NCBI GenBank assembly: GCA_964466945.1
Contig: CAYXPA010000009.1
Coordinates: 37 to 64,036, forward strand
From: an uncultured Verrucomicrobiota bacterium
Lineage (GTDB): Bacteria > Verrucomicrobiota > Verrucomicrobiia > Limisphaerales > J093
DNA length: 64,000 nt
Direction of reading: 5' to 3'
Positions 27,893-37,393 of the stretch are shown one piece after another; the stretch's first letter is position 1, and each line of letters starts with the position of its first letter. The notes under the pieces were generated by a model that saw nothing but the letters and a program-made list of their open reading frames with translations, made no database searches and was not told where the DNA came from. The position numbers and the translations under genes are program-made.

Positions 27893-29809
27893 ATGTCATT
27901 CCACGGCTTTTCCAAACGGGGCCGGCGGTTGCTGATCCTCGGCTTGGCGCCGGTGTTGGCCGGAGTTTTTCCGGCCCGGGCGGAGGACTTGTCCGCCGCC
28001 TGGCTGGCCGAGCATTACACCAAGTTCGAGTATCGCGTCCCGATGCGCGACGGGGTGCGGCTCTTCACGCGGGTGTACGTGCCCAAGGAGGATTCGCAGC
28101 CCTGGCCCATCTTGCTCACCCGCACGCCCTACGCCTGCAAGCCCTACGGCCCGGACAATTACACCGACCCGGCCGGCTCGTTCGCGACGCTGGCGCGGGA
28201 CCGGTTCATCCTGGTCACCCAGGACGTGCGCGGACGCTTCGGCTCGGAGGGCGAATTTGTGCACGTGCGCCCCTACCGGCCGGACAAGGGCCCGCGCGAC
28301 ACTGACGAGAGCACGGATGCCTGGGACACGATTGACTGGCTGGTGAAGCATGTGCCGGGGAACAACGGCTGCGTGGGCCTGTTCGGCATCTCCTACCCGG
28401 GCTTCTACACGGCGATGGGCATGATTGACAGTCACCCGGCCCTGAAGGCCGCCTCGCCCCAGGCACCCATCGCCGACTGGTTCATGGGCGATGACCTCCA
28501 CCACCACGGCGCGTTCTTCCTGGCGCAGAACTTTGCGTTCTTTTACTGGTTCGCCCAGCGCCCCGAGGACCCGTTGCACGAGGAAATCAAGGGCTTCCAC
28601 TTCGGCACGCCCGACGGATACGACTTTTTCCTGCGCATGGGACCGCTGGGCAACTCGGACGCCCTCCTGCTCAAAGGACGCGCGCCCGCCTGGACCGAAT
28701 TTCTCCAACACCCCACCTACGACGCCTACTGGCAGGCGCGGAACCTCCGCCCCCACCTCAAGAACATCCGTTGCGCGGTCATGACCGTGGGCGGTTGGTA
28801 CGACGCCGAGGACCTTTTCGGTCCGTTGGAGACCTACCGCTGGACCGAGCGGCAAAACCCCGGTATCACCAACCTGTTGGTCATGGGCCCCTGGGCGCAC
28901 GGCGAATGGGGCCGTGGCACCGGCGAGCAGCTCGGACCCGTCCACTTCCGCGCGAAAACCGCCGAATTCTACCGCGAGAAAATCGAACTGCCCTTCTTCC
29001 GCTGCTTTCTCAAGGGCGACACCAACTTCACCCCGGTCGAGGCCCACATCTTCGAGACCGGCACCTGCTGCTGGCGCCGCTTCGATGCCTGGCCGCCCGC
29101 CGACGCGGTCCCGCGCACGCTTTTCTTCCGGGCCGGCGGCGCGCTGGCCTTCGCCCCGCCGGGCGAAGCGGACGGAGCGTTCGATGAATTCATAAGCGAC
29201 CCCGCCAAACCCGTGCCCTACTCGAACACGCCCTCCACTGACTATCCGCGTCACTACCCGCTCGAGGACCAGCGGTTCGTGGCTACGCGTCCGGACGTGC
29301 TCGTGTACGAAACCGACCCCTTGGCTGAAGACCTCACCCTGGCGGGCCCGCTCCGCGCCACGCTCTGGGTTGCCACCACCGGCACCGACGCGGACTGGGT
29401 CGTGAAACTCGTGGACGTGTACCCCGGCAATTACCCTGATCCGGCCCCGAACCCGGCCGGGTTGCGTCTGGGCGGCTACCAGCAACTGGTCCGCGGCGAG
29501 GTCTTCCGCGGGAAGTTTCGGAACAGCTTCGAGCGCCCCGAGCCGTTCACGCCGGGCCAGGTGACGAAAATCGAATTCACCCTCCAGGACATCTGCCACA
29601 CCTTCCGCGCCGGACACCGCGTCATGGTCCAGGTGCAAAGCTCGTGGTTCCCGCTGGTGGACCGCAACCCGCAAAGCTTCGTGAACATCCCCACCGCCCG
29701 GCCGGAAGACTTCCAGAAAGCCACTCACCGCGTGTACCGTAGCACGACGCAAGCTTCTGCCCTCTCGGTCCTCGTCCTGCCCGGCCCCACCGCCCGCGAC
29801 GCCCCCTGA
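27893..29809 (+). CDS. CocE/NonD-family (X-Pro dipeptidyl-peptidase S15-like) serine hydrolase, exported
   Basis: Signal peptide after the ATG at 27893. Blocks ILLTRTPY and GLFGISYPGF (nucleophile elbow), and a C-terminal beta-sandwich block VMVQVQSSWFPLVDRNP. Confidence 0.9.
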   Translation: MSFHGFSKRGRRLLILGLAPVLAGVFPARAEDLSAAWLAEHYTKFEYRVPMRDGVRLFTRVYVPKEDSQPWPILLTRTPYACKPYGPDNYTDPAGSFATLARDRFILVTQDVRGRFGSEGEFVHVRPYRPDKGPRDTDESTDAWDTIDWLVKHVPGNNGCVGLFGISYPGFYTAMGMIDSHPALKAASPQAPIADWFMGDDLHHHGAFFLAQNFAFFYWFAQRPEDPLHEEIKGFHFGTPDGYDFFLRMGPLGNSDALLLKGRAPAWTEFLQHPTYDAYWQARNLRPHLKNIRCAVMTVGGWYDAEDLFGPLETYRWTERQNPGITNLLVMGPWAHGEWGRGTGEQLGPVHFRAKTAEFYREKIELPFFRCFLKGDTNFTPVEAHIFETGTCCWRRFDAWPPADAVPRTLFFRAGGALAFAPPGEADGAFDEFISDPAKPVPYSNTPSTDYPRHYPLEDQRFVATRPDVLVYETDPLAEDLTLAGPLRATLWVATTGTDADWVVKLVDVYPGNYPDPAPNPAGLRLGGYQQLVRGEVFRGKFRNSFERPEPFTPGQVTKIEFTLQDICHTFRAGHRVMVQVQSSWFPLVDRNPQSFVNIPTARPEDFQKATHRVYRSTTQASALSVLVLPGPTARDAP

Positions 29810-30007
29810 CCGGGGCGGCCATCTCCCCGGTCATGACCTTGCAACGCTCCTTCGACCCGCTACGCTGCACCCGTTGCCACACCCGCTGCACCGGGATGCG
29901 CGCCGTGCGCCGCCGGCGCGCGCGCCGGTCGCGGTGAGGGTGATGAACAACTGCGGCTACGAGCGGCGAGAGGTGAGGAAATTGAGCGAGGCGGAGAAGG
30001 GAGAACC

Positions 30008-31501
30008 ATGAAAGAAACGCCGCTGTTTCGGCTGCTCTCCAGAGGCTTGGAGCGGGACCTGCGCAATGCGAATCCGTGGTGGCGCGGGGAGCGCCTTTTC
30101 GGCGTGCCGCCGGTCCGGCGCTGGGCCTTCGGCCCTGTGCTCTCGAACCTGAAAGGCGGGTTGACCCCCGCCACCGTGCTGCGCGGGCCGCGGCAGGTGG
30201 GGAAGACCACGTTGCTCAATCAATGCATCCAGACGCTGCTGGACGAAGGCGTGGAGCCGCGCCGCATTTTCCGTGTCCAGTTTGACGAGCTGCCCGAACT
30301 GAAGCGGGTTTCCCAACCGATTTTGGACCTCAGCTATTGGTTTGCCGAGGCGATTCTGGGCAAGTCGTTCAATCAGGCGGCCAACGACGGTCAACCCGCC
30401 ATCATTTTGTTCGACGAAATCCAAAACCTGCCGGACTGGGCGCCGCAACTGAAACATCTGGTGGATCTCAATCCCGTGCGGGTGCTGGTCACGGGCAGTT
30501 CGGCCCTGCGCATCGAGGCCGGTCGGGACAGCTTGGCGGGGCGGGTGACCACCCTGGAGATGGGGCCGCTCTTGTTGCGGGAAATCGGGGCGTTGCGGCG
30601 GATGGGCGAGATTCGCCCCCTGCTGCCGGCCAACGGGTTGGCCCCGCTCAAGGACAAAGCGTTCTGGCTGGAGGCCCGGAAACACGGGGAAGAACACGCC
30701 CAAATCCGCCACCAGGCCTTTCAGGCTTTTTCCGAGCGGGGCGCCTATCCGGTGGCCCAGGCCCATCCCGAAACCTCGTGGGAACAGGTGGCCGACCTGT
30801 TGAACGAGACGGTCATTCGCCGCGCGTTGCAACACGACCTGCGCATGGGGCCGCGCGGGCAGAAGCGGGATGAACATTTGCTGGAGGAGGTTTTTCGTTT
30901 GGCCTGCCGATACGTGGGGCAGTCCCCTTCACAAACGCTCTATCTGGACGAAATTCGGCGGGCCATGCACGCCAACATCGGCTGGCAGCGAGTGTTGAAC
31001 TACCTGAAGTTCCTCGACGGCACGCTCTTGATTCGCCTCATCGAACCGATGGAACTCCGGCTGAAGCGTCCTCGCGGCGCGTTCAAGCTCTGCCTCTGCG
31101 ACCATGCCCTTCGGGCGGCCTGGCTCCAGGAGGTGGTGCCGCTGGAGCCCGCGGCGCTGGACGCCGCGCCGCATCTGAGGGATCTGGCCGGGCGGATTGC
31201 GGAGAGTGTCACGGGCTACTTCTTCCGCTCCATCACCCATCTCGACGTGGCCCATTTGCCGGAACGGGCGACGGAACCGGAAGTGGATTTCGTTCTCACC
31301 GTCGGGTTGCAGCGGATTCCGGTGGAGGTGAAATATCGGCGTCGCATTGCCTTCGAGGACACGAAGGGGCTTCGGTCGTTCATCGAGAAGGCGCACTACA
31401 ATGCCCCGTTTGGAGTGTTGGTGACCTTGGAAGAACACGTGGTTGTGGACGATCCGCGCATCGTGGCGCTGCCCTTGTCCTCGCTGTTGCTGATCAGATA
31501 A
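30008..31501 (+). CDS. AAA-family ATPase with a DUF4143-type C-terminal region
   Basis: 497 aa. NPWW motif, Walker A GPRQVGKTT, Walker B ILFDEIQ, and a C-terminal PD-(D/E)xK-like block EVDFVL...IPVEVKY, as in AAA_14/DUF4143 proteins. Confidence 0.85.
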   Translation: MKETPLFRLLSRGLERDLRNANPWWRGERLFGVPPVRRWAFGPVLSNLKGGLTPATVLRGPRQVGKTTLLNQCIQTLLDEGVEPRRIFRVQFDELPELKRVSQPILDLSYWFAEAILGKSFNQAANDGQPAIILFDEIQNLPDWAPQLKHLVDLNPVRVLVTGSSALRIEAGRDSLAGRVTTLEMGPLLLREIGALRRMGEIRPLLPANGLAPLKDKAFWLEARKHGEEHAQIRHQAFQAFSERGAYPVAQAHPETSWEQVADLLNETVIRRALQHDLRMGPRGQKRDEHLLEEVFRLACRYVGQSPSQTLYLDEIRRAMHANIGWQRVLNYLKFLDGTLLIRLIEPMELRLKRPRGAFKLCLCDHALRAAWLQEVVPLEPAALDAAPHLRDLAGRIAESVTGYFFRSITHLDVAHLPERATEPEVDFVLTVGLQRIPVEVKYRRRIAFEDTKGLRSFIEKAHYNAPFGVLVTLEEHVVVDDPRIVALPLSSLLLIR

Positions 31502-31506
31502 GAGGC

Positions 31507-31605
31507 ATGACCTACGAAGTCCCGCAACCGATTCTGAACTCGCCCTACGCCGTGCCGCGCTGGCATTGGTGGGTCGAGCAAGGCCGGCCGGAAAAGAGGC
31601 GTGAT
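31507..31605 (+). pseudogene. 5-prime stump of a restriction-type (type III Res-like) helicase gene
   Basis: The first roughly 32 codons, MTYEVPQPILNSPYAVPRWHWWVEQGRPEKRR, resemble the conserved N-terminus (NPILNSP(F/Y)xxPxRH(F/W)) of Res/DEAD-helicase restriction subunits. The frame then loses protein-like character and runs into the convergent gene ending at 31755. Confidence 0.4.
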
Positions 31606-31754
31606 GAACTTTCGCTGGTGTGCGTTACCTCCGGCTGCCGAGTGCGGCGTCCTTCGGGATTTCCGCCCGCCCGCCGGTCCAAAAGCCCTGAAGAAAATGC
31701 CCGGTCTGCCGGCGTGATCCGAGGCGCAGCGCCGGCCGGCCTCGCGCCGGGGGG

Positions 31755-34406
31755 TCACTTGGCCGGTACCAGGTCGGCGAAGCCCACGTCAATGTACTGG
31801 CCGCCGCCGGTTTGGCGGCAGTGGACGGCAATGACGTTTTTGCCCGGCTTGAGGGCGGTTTTGGCGGCGGCGCTCAGGGGCACGGTTTCGTAATCGGTCA
31901 CGTAACCGCCGAAGGTGGCCGCCAGCACGCCGTTGAGATAAATCTCGGCGTCTTCGTCGTGGTGAATGCTCCAGTGCAGGTCGGTGAACCGGGTGTCCGG
32001 CAGGGCGAAGTCGCGCCGGAGCCAGATGTCGGAGGTGTTCCACTCGGTGCGGACGCGCGCGCCGGGGGTGCCGCGGGTGCCGAAGCCGGCCGGGCCTTCC
32101 TTCCAGGAGCTGTCGTCGAAGTCGGGCTTGAACCAGTCGGCCGGCGGTTTGGCGGTGGTGTAGCGCCAGCGCGGGCGCTCGTCGAGGGCGGTGGGCAGCA
32201 CGTTCATCAGCGCGGGTGGTTTGGGCATGGGCGCCCAACCTGAGGCCCTGGTTTTGTCGCGGCCGGCCCATTTCTGCCAGACGGCCTGGTCGTAGAGCAT
32301 CTGGGCAAACACCCCGCCGACCACGGGCCGGGCGGTGAACCCGCGTTTGCGGGCGGTGTCGGTGAAATACCAGTCGGTCATGGGGGACCGATCCGGCGTC
32401 TCGTTCAGGAAGGCAAACACCGGGTTCACCAACGCCTCGAAGTCGGCCCGATCCTGCGTGAGCGTGGCGGTCCACAGAATCCAATCCAGCTTGGTGTAGG
32501 TCGAGCGATTGTCCAACGGCAGGCCGTAGCGGTTTTGGATTTTCCGGTAGAAGGCCATCTCTTTGCGGGCGACCTCGGGCGGGAACAGGTTCAGGCCCAG
32601 GATGCGGTCCCAGATGAGGTTGTATTTCTGGCTCCAGGTGCCGGGACGGTCGAAGGCGAGCCGGAAATGGTCGCCGTCATCGGCTTCCTTGACCCAACGC
32701 GCGGCGAACTCGCGGGCCAGCCGGGAATACTCGTCCGCTTTGGCCTGCTCGCCGCGCAGGGCGCAAAGTTTGCCAAAGGCGCCCAGGCCGATGATGGCTT
32801 TGGCGCTGAGGTTCACGTTGTGGGCGAGATGGCCGGCAAAGTCGTCGGTGCAAAGCTGGTTTTCCGGGTCGAACCCCTTGGCCTTGAGGTATTCGGCCCA
32901 TTGCTCCAGTTGCTTCCAGTAAAGGCCGGCGAAGCTGGCGTTGCCCTCCATGTGCGCGATGGCGGCCATGAGGATGAGCAGGTTGCCCGATTCCTCCACC
33001 GGCATCTGGTTTTCCTCGGAACGTTCACCGCCGCCATAGACCTGGCCGTTGGCCTTCGGGTAGGTGCCCAGGTCGTGCGGGGCGAAGGGGAACTTCCAGC
33101 GGTCGCTCGCGGCGTAATTCATGAAGGGCACGAGGAAGGACTTGGCCAGCGACGGCCCAAAGAGCAGGAACTGCGGGGCCATCGGATAGAACACGTCCGA
33201 GGTGCCGATGCAGCCGTTGGAATGGTTCTCCTTGCAGAACTGGAGCGGCTGGCCGTGGTCGTCAGCGACAAACTTGCCCGCGGCGAAGCACTGGCGATAG
33301 GCCAGCGCGCAGAGCTTGGCGTATTTCTCGCCGCCGATGCGTGAGAGGTCGGCCATCAACTCGTCGTCGAAAGCGGCGCAGCGCTGTTTGAGCACCTCGT
33401 AATCCCTGGCGGCGGCCTTGAGGAGATCGGCGGCTTCCCAGCCATTGCGGCGCCAGTAGGGCCGGAGGTTCTTGCGCATGTATTGAATCGAGTAGAGATC
33501 GTCGTACGCGAGCATCAGCCAGCGGGAGACGGGCGTGCGGCTGACCTGGAACGGCGCAAAGACCAGGCTGGCGCGGGCCGTGTCGGCAGCCACGGCGTTT
33601 TCGAGCCGGGACCGGACTTCGGCCTTCTTGCCCTGCGTGAATGCGCGGCGCGCCTCCGTGTCGGCTGAGACGCTGGCGGAAGCGGCCGAGCCGTCCGCGG
33701 CCAGGTAGAGGTAGCCCCAATCAATGCGCAGGTCATCGCCTTTCTTGGCCAGGATGGGCTGGTCTTTGGAGCCCAGGCGCACCGCGGCCAGAGGCGGGAG
33801 CTGCAAGGTTTCGCCGAGCACTTCCTGGCGCGGTTCGTTAACGGTCAATTCGCCGTTGGCGTCGAAGGAGAGCGCCACTTCATGCGAGCGGCCGTCAGTC
33901 GCGACAAAGTCCCAAGACAGGTAGGTCACCGGCCGTGACAGCAGGTCAATGTCCTCCGGCAGGGCCGGGGTCATGAAGGTCAGCGTGAGCGCCACGCCCG
34001 CGCCTTCGAAAGTGTAAATCGTCCGCGTGGGCAGCACTGCTAGGCTCTTCTGCTCCAGGGCCGGCACGGTGGCCGGGCTGGCGCCGATGACGCGATACGG
34101 CTTGCCATCAATGCGCACCAGGCTGGTGAGCCGATGCGGGCGACCGGTCCAATGCGTGGTGTCGGCGTCGGTCAGGATGTCGGCCTGCGACCAGATGCTA
34201 AAATAGGGGTCATGCGCAACCAAGGGCGTGGCAGGCGGGACGAGTCTGGCGCCCTCGCTGCGGCGGGACGGGGGCGGTGTATAGACGGTCTGGTTGGCGG
34301 CAGCGATGGCGGCTTGGTCCATCTTGACCAGCGTCAGGGCGGCAACGCAGGTGGTCATTCCACGGAAGTGCAGCAGTTTGCGGCCGAAAAGGGCGGGCGA
34401 ATTCAT
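31755..34406 (-). CDS. Glutaminase-A-like (DUF4965/DUF5127/DUF1793) glycoside-hydrolase-type protein with a C-terminal galactose-binding-like domain
   Basis: 883 aa. N-terminal block PLVAHDPYFSIWS...THWTGRPHRLTSLVRIDGKPYRV is typical of this family, with an (alpha/alpha)6-type middle region. The C-terminal WRYTT..P..W..PDFDDSSW...IYLNG block resembles sugar-binding jelly-roll domains. Confidence 0.85.
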   Translation of the reverse strand: MNSPALFGRKLLHFRGMTTCVAALTLVKMDQAAIAAANQTVYTPPPSRRSEGARLVPPATPLVAHDPYFSIWSQADILTDADTTHWTGRPHRLTSLVRIDGKPYRVIGASPATVPALEQKSLAVLPTRTIYTFEGAGVALTLTFMTPALPEDIDLLSRPVTYLSWDFVATDGRSHEVALSFDANGELTVNEPRQEVLGETLQLPPLAAVRLGSKDQPILAKKGDDLRIDWGYLYLAADGSAASASVSADTEARRAFTQGKKAEVRSRLENAVAADTARASLVFAPFQVSRTPVSRWLMLAYDDLYSIQYMRKNLRPYWRRNGWEAADLLKAAARDYEVLKQRCAAFDDELMADLSRIGGEKYAKLCALAYRQCFAAGKFVADDHGQPLQFCKENHSNGCIGTSDVFYPMAPQFLLFGPSLAKSFLVPFMNYAASDRWKFPFAPHDLGTYPKANGQVYGGGERSEENQMPVEESGNLLILMAAIAHMEGNASFAGLYWKQLEQWAEYLKAKGFDPENQLCTDDFAGHLAHNVNLSAKAIIGLGAFGKLCALRGEQAKADEYSRLAREFAARWVKEADDGDHFRLAFDRPGTWSQKYNLIWDRILGLNLFPPEVARKEMAFYRKIQNRYGLPLDNRSTYTKLDWILWTATLTQDRADFEALVNPVFAFLNETPDRSPMTDWYFTDTARKRGFTARPVVGGVFAQMLYDQAVWQKWAGRDKTRASGWAPMPKPPALMNVLPTALDERPRWRYTTAKPPADWFKPDFDDSSWKEGPAGFGTRGTPGARVRTEWNTSDIWLRRDFALPDTRFTDLHWSIHHDEDAEIYLNGVLAATFGGYVTDYETVPLSAAAKTALKPGKNVIAVHCRQTGGGQYIDVGFADLVPAK

Positions 34407-34498
34407 GCCGCGAGTTTAAACAACGGCTAGCAGCCGACAACCGCTTGTTTCTCTGCCAAGCGGAACAGCTTGGATGCCTTGCGCCGCGGCGCTACAGG

Positions 34499-34530
34499 AA
34501 AAAACCGCCGCCCGAACGGCGGCGGTTTTT
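34499..34530 (-). terminator. Intrinsic terminator downstream of the S8 peptidase gene (bidirectional architecture)
   Basis: AAAAAA-CCGCCGCC-cgaac-GGCGGCGG-TTTTT. The 8-bp GC stem is flanked by A and T runs. It lies 25 nt after the stop at 34555. Confidence 0.72.
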
Positions 34531-34554
34531 GAGGGCGAACAAGTTCGTGTCCGC

Positions 34555-36861
34555 CTACTGCCAGGCGGGCAACATGCGGCCGGTGCGTTGTTGGACAAGG
34601 TACACGTCCGCGGTGTTGATCGCGCCGGAGAGATTGAGATCGCGGGTGAAATTGCCGGCGTTCACATAGGAGCCGGCCACCAGGCGGACGAGGTACAGGT
34701 CGGTAGTGTTTACCGCCGGCGTGTTGTTCACGTCCCCACCCAGCACCCCCACACTGACCTCGGCCCGGTCAAGCGCGGACCCGTCGGTGGCCAGAATGTC
34801 CTTCAACCCGACGGTGACCCACTGGCGGTCGGCGACGCGGTCCAATTGCACCAAGACTGTGGCGCCCTCCACGACCGGCGCGGCGCTCAGGCTGGCCGAA
34901 CCGCGCAGCAACACCGGTGTGGCACTGAGGATCGGCTTGTCGAAAGTGAACACCACGCGGAGCGTGGATTCAATGCGCCCTTCAATGGTGGGCCGACCCG
35001 ACAACACCAGAGGTTGGTCGTAGTTAACCTTGGCATCGACAGGACCGTGGGCCTTGCGGGACGCGGCAGCCACCAACATGGGCGGCGGCGTGGTGAGCAC
35101 GGTCAGAGCCGCCTGAGCATCCACCAAACCGTAGCCGGAGTCGAAGTCAAACCCCGACTTCTGCATGTCCATGGCCGTGGCTTGCAGAATCCAGCGGATT
35201 CTTTCCGGCGGGGTTTGCGGGTTGACCTCCAACATCAAGGCCGCGATGCCGGCGGCATGAGGCGCCGAGGCCGAGGTGCCGTGGAAGTTGGGGAAGCTGT
35301 CCACGACTCCGCAGGTGTCACCGCTGCCAAAGAAGGAGGTGTTGACCCCGGAAGGCGCACAGAAATCCGGCTTGGGCCTGGTTTCAACCCGGTATGAACC
35401 GTCCGCCAATTGCCGGTAGATGGGCGTGCCGCCGGCGGAGGAATAACTCTCCAATTGGGGCGGGTTCACTCCGTAGGCCGGCGTGTGGCAGTAACGCACC
35501 GCGCCAACGGCCATGGCTCCGGCCGCGTTGGCGTGTCCGTAAATGGTGCCGCTGCTGGTGACCCATTCCTCCTGCACCGGCGGTTGGAAGAGCGGATACC
35601 ACACAATTTTGATCCACGCCGGGGCGGGTCCGGCCACGCGCTTGACCCGCAGGGCGCGTTTCTGGTTGAGGGCGGTGACACTGATGGCAAAGACCTCGAC
35701 CGGGTCCTGGCCGAGGTTCGCGCAAAACCCGCCCACCGGCACGGTTTGCCCGGAGGTGGTGGTCGTGGTGACCGGGGTGCCGTCCAGGTTGACCAGCTCC
35801 AGGTCCAGGTCGGTGGCCGCGCCGGGGTTGCCCGGGGCTGCGCTGGCGTAGTTGTCCACCCACTGAAGCATGAAGTACGTGGTGCCGTAGCCCAGGGTGA
35901 GGTTCAGCAGCGTGTCCGTCCCCGGGCCGGGATCAAAGTCGTGAGAGCCGTCAGCCTCGCGGTACGGGGCCTCGTAGGAATTGCGGGCAGCGTTGGCCGC
36001 GGCGGAAAAATAGGCCACGCCTTGCGCCGCCACTTCGTCCACGGCCTGCGCGATGACGCCGTCGGTGAACATCGGTTCCTCGGGGTACAGAATATCGTCC
36101 ACGATGACCTTGCAGCCGGCGTTGGCCAGGGCGCGGATGCCGTTGGCAAAATCCGCCACGCCGTACCACGCCGTGTGGAAGGCCAGGGCCGCACCAGGGG
36201 CGACGTCGTGGACGATTTCGCCCATCGCCCGGCCTTCATCGGTCAGCTTGTAACCGCCGGGTGGTGGGACGTAATCCTTGAGGACGAGAATGTCCGTGGG
36301 CAAATCACCGTAAAGGATCCCGTTGTTCATCCCGCCCTTGTTGTTGAAGGAGTCGGACAGAATGCCCACCCGCACCCCGGCCCCGGTTGCTCCCAGTGCC
36401 GTCCGAGCAGCATCGGAATACTGGGCGGTGTCGCCCTGGGTGACGGTGCGGCCATCCATGGCAAAGGCAATGGCTGGCCGCGCAAAACGCAGGCTGGCCA
36501 GCGCCGGCAAATGGGGAATGGCCGCCAACGGTAACTGGGCAGAGACCACCCGACCCGCCGTGGCGACGTGAGTGGCGCCCAAATTACGCAACTGCTGAGC
36601 GAGGGTGTCGGCGGAATCCTCGGCGATGGCGTTGATCACCACAAATTGTCCCTGGGTGGGAACCCGGGCCGATTGAATTTCCGGCATCGCTGCCGGGGTG
36701 AGCATCCCTTTTGGCGCCACAGCTCGACCTCCGCCCGGGCTGGCTGCCGCAGGCGCCAAATCCCAGAGCAAAGGTGAGACTTTTTCGGGACGAGGTATCT
36801 GGGCGTTAAGGTGGACCGGTGCGGCCGTGAGGCAGACCGCACACACGAGCAGTCTTTTCAT
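34555..36861 (-). CDS. Secreted S8 (subtilisin-family) serine peptidase with a C-terminal dockerin-like repeat pair
   Basis: ATG at 36859-36861 with the signal MKRLLVCAVCLTAAPVHLNAQ. Catalytic blocks VGILSDSF (Asp), GEIVHDVAPGA (His) and HGTSASAPHAAG (Ser). The tail contains GDVNNTPAVNTTDLYLV and DLNLSGAINTADVYLV. Confidence 0.88.
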   Translation of the reverse strand: MKRLLVCAVCLTAAPVHLNAQIPRPEKVSPLLWDLAPAAASPGGGRAVAPKGMLTPAAMPEIQSARVPTQGQFVVINAIAEDSADTLAQQLRNLGATHVATAGRVVSAQLPLAAIPHLPALASLRFARPAIAFAMDGRTVTQGDTAQYSDAARTALGATGAGVRVGILSDSFNNKGGMNNGILYGDLPTDILVLKDYVPPPGGYKLTDEGRAMGEIVHDVAPGAALAFHTAWYGVADFANGIRALANAGCKVIVDDILYPEEPMFTDGVIAQAVDEVAAQGVAYFSAAANAARNSYEAPYREADGSHDFDPGPGTDTLLNLTLGYGTTYFMLQWVDNYASAAPGNPGAATDLDLELVNLDGTPVTTTTTSGQTVPVGGFCANLGQDPVEVFAISVTALNQKRALRVKRVAGPAPAWIKIVWYPLFQPPVQEEWVTSSGTIYGHANAAGAMAVGAVRYCHTPAYGVNPPQLESYSSAGGTPIYRQLADGSYRVETRPKPDFCAPSGVNTSFFGSGDTCGVVDSFPNFHGTSASAPHAAGIAALMLEVNPQTPPERIRWILQATAMDMQKSGFDFDSGYGLVDAQAALTVLTTPPPMLVAAASRKAHGPVDAKVNYDQPLVLSGRPTIEGRIESTLRVVFTFDKPILSATPVLLRGSASLSAAPVVEGATVLVQLDRVADRQWVTVGLKDILATDGSALDRAEVSVGVLGGDVNNTPAVNTTDLYLVRLVAGSYVNAGNFTRDLNLSGAINTADVYLVQQRTGRMLPAWQ

Positions 36862-37393
36862 GTGATGAGGTGTTGAGGGTTGCCATTGTTTGTGAGCAAA
36901 CGGGCTTCCCAGACGCACCCGTGGTGATGAGGTCACGGTTGCATCCGCAGGTGAAGCAGTATCCCCAGAAGATGCCCGACATGCGGGGACACTTTTCCGC
37001 ACTCCTTGGTTTGTGTCAAGCAGCAAGTTTACAAAAAAATGTGTGCGACGTATCTGATTGTGCCGGAAGGCTTCAGAATTGGAAACTGATCTCGCTTCGA
37101 GGGCGCCTACTGGCGGTTTACCGTAAGCAGGGCGCCTCAACCGTCCTGCTCCCGGGTTTAACGGCGCCTACGCATCACTGCGCGTAAGCGGCAGCGCAGG
37201 CGGCCTGCCGTCCGCTTCACCCGAGGAGGGGGCGAGACGAATGCTGATAGGCTGCAAATCCGGTGTCTCCCAGGTCGCGGTGCGGCGCATTCCGGGCTTG
37301 CCCAACCAAGTCCACGCGTTAAGGTGTGGCCCGTTCCCCTTGGAACACCTGAAGCTGTGATTGTCCGAATCAAACGCAAACCACGTTGAACCT

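Noticed and set aside
26223-29752. 570-aa plus-strand (26223-27935) and 618-aa minus-strand (27896-29752) ORFs
   Set aside because: They are antisense to the NCS2 permease and the CocE/NonD hydrolase respectively. Their translations are Arg/Gly/His/Gln-rich and low-complexity.
31606-31893. Remainder of the 128-aa plus-strand ORF after the restriction-helicase-like N-terminus
   Set aside because: Beyond about codon 32 the sequence is Arg/Pro/Ser/Gly-rich, loses all family resemblance and overlaps the 3-prime end of the convergent glutaminase-like gene. Only the stump is reported, as a pseudogene fragment.
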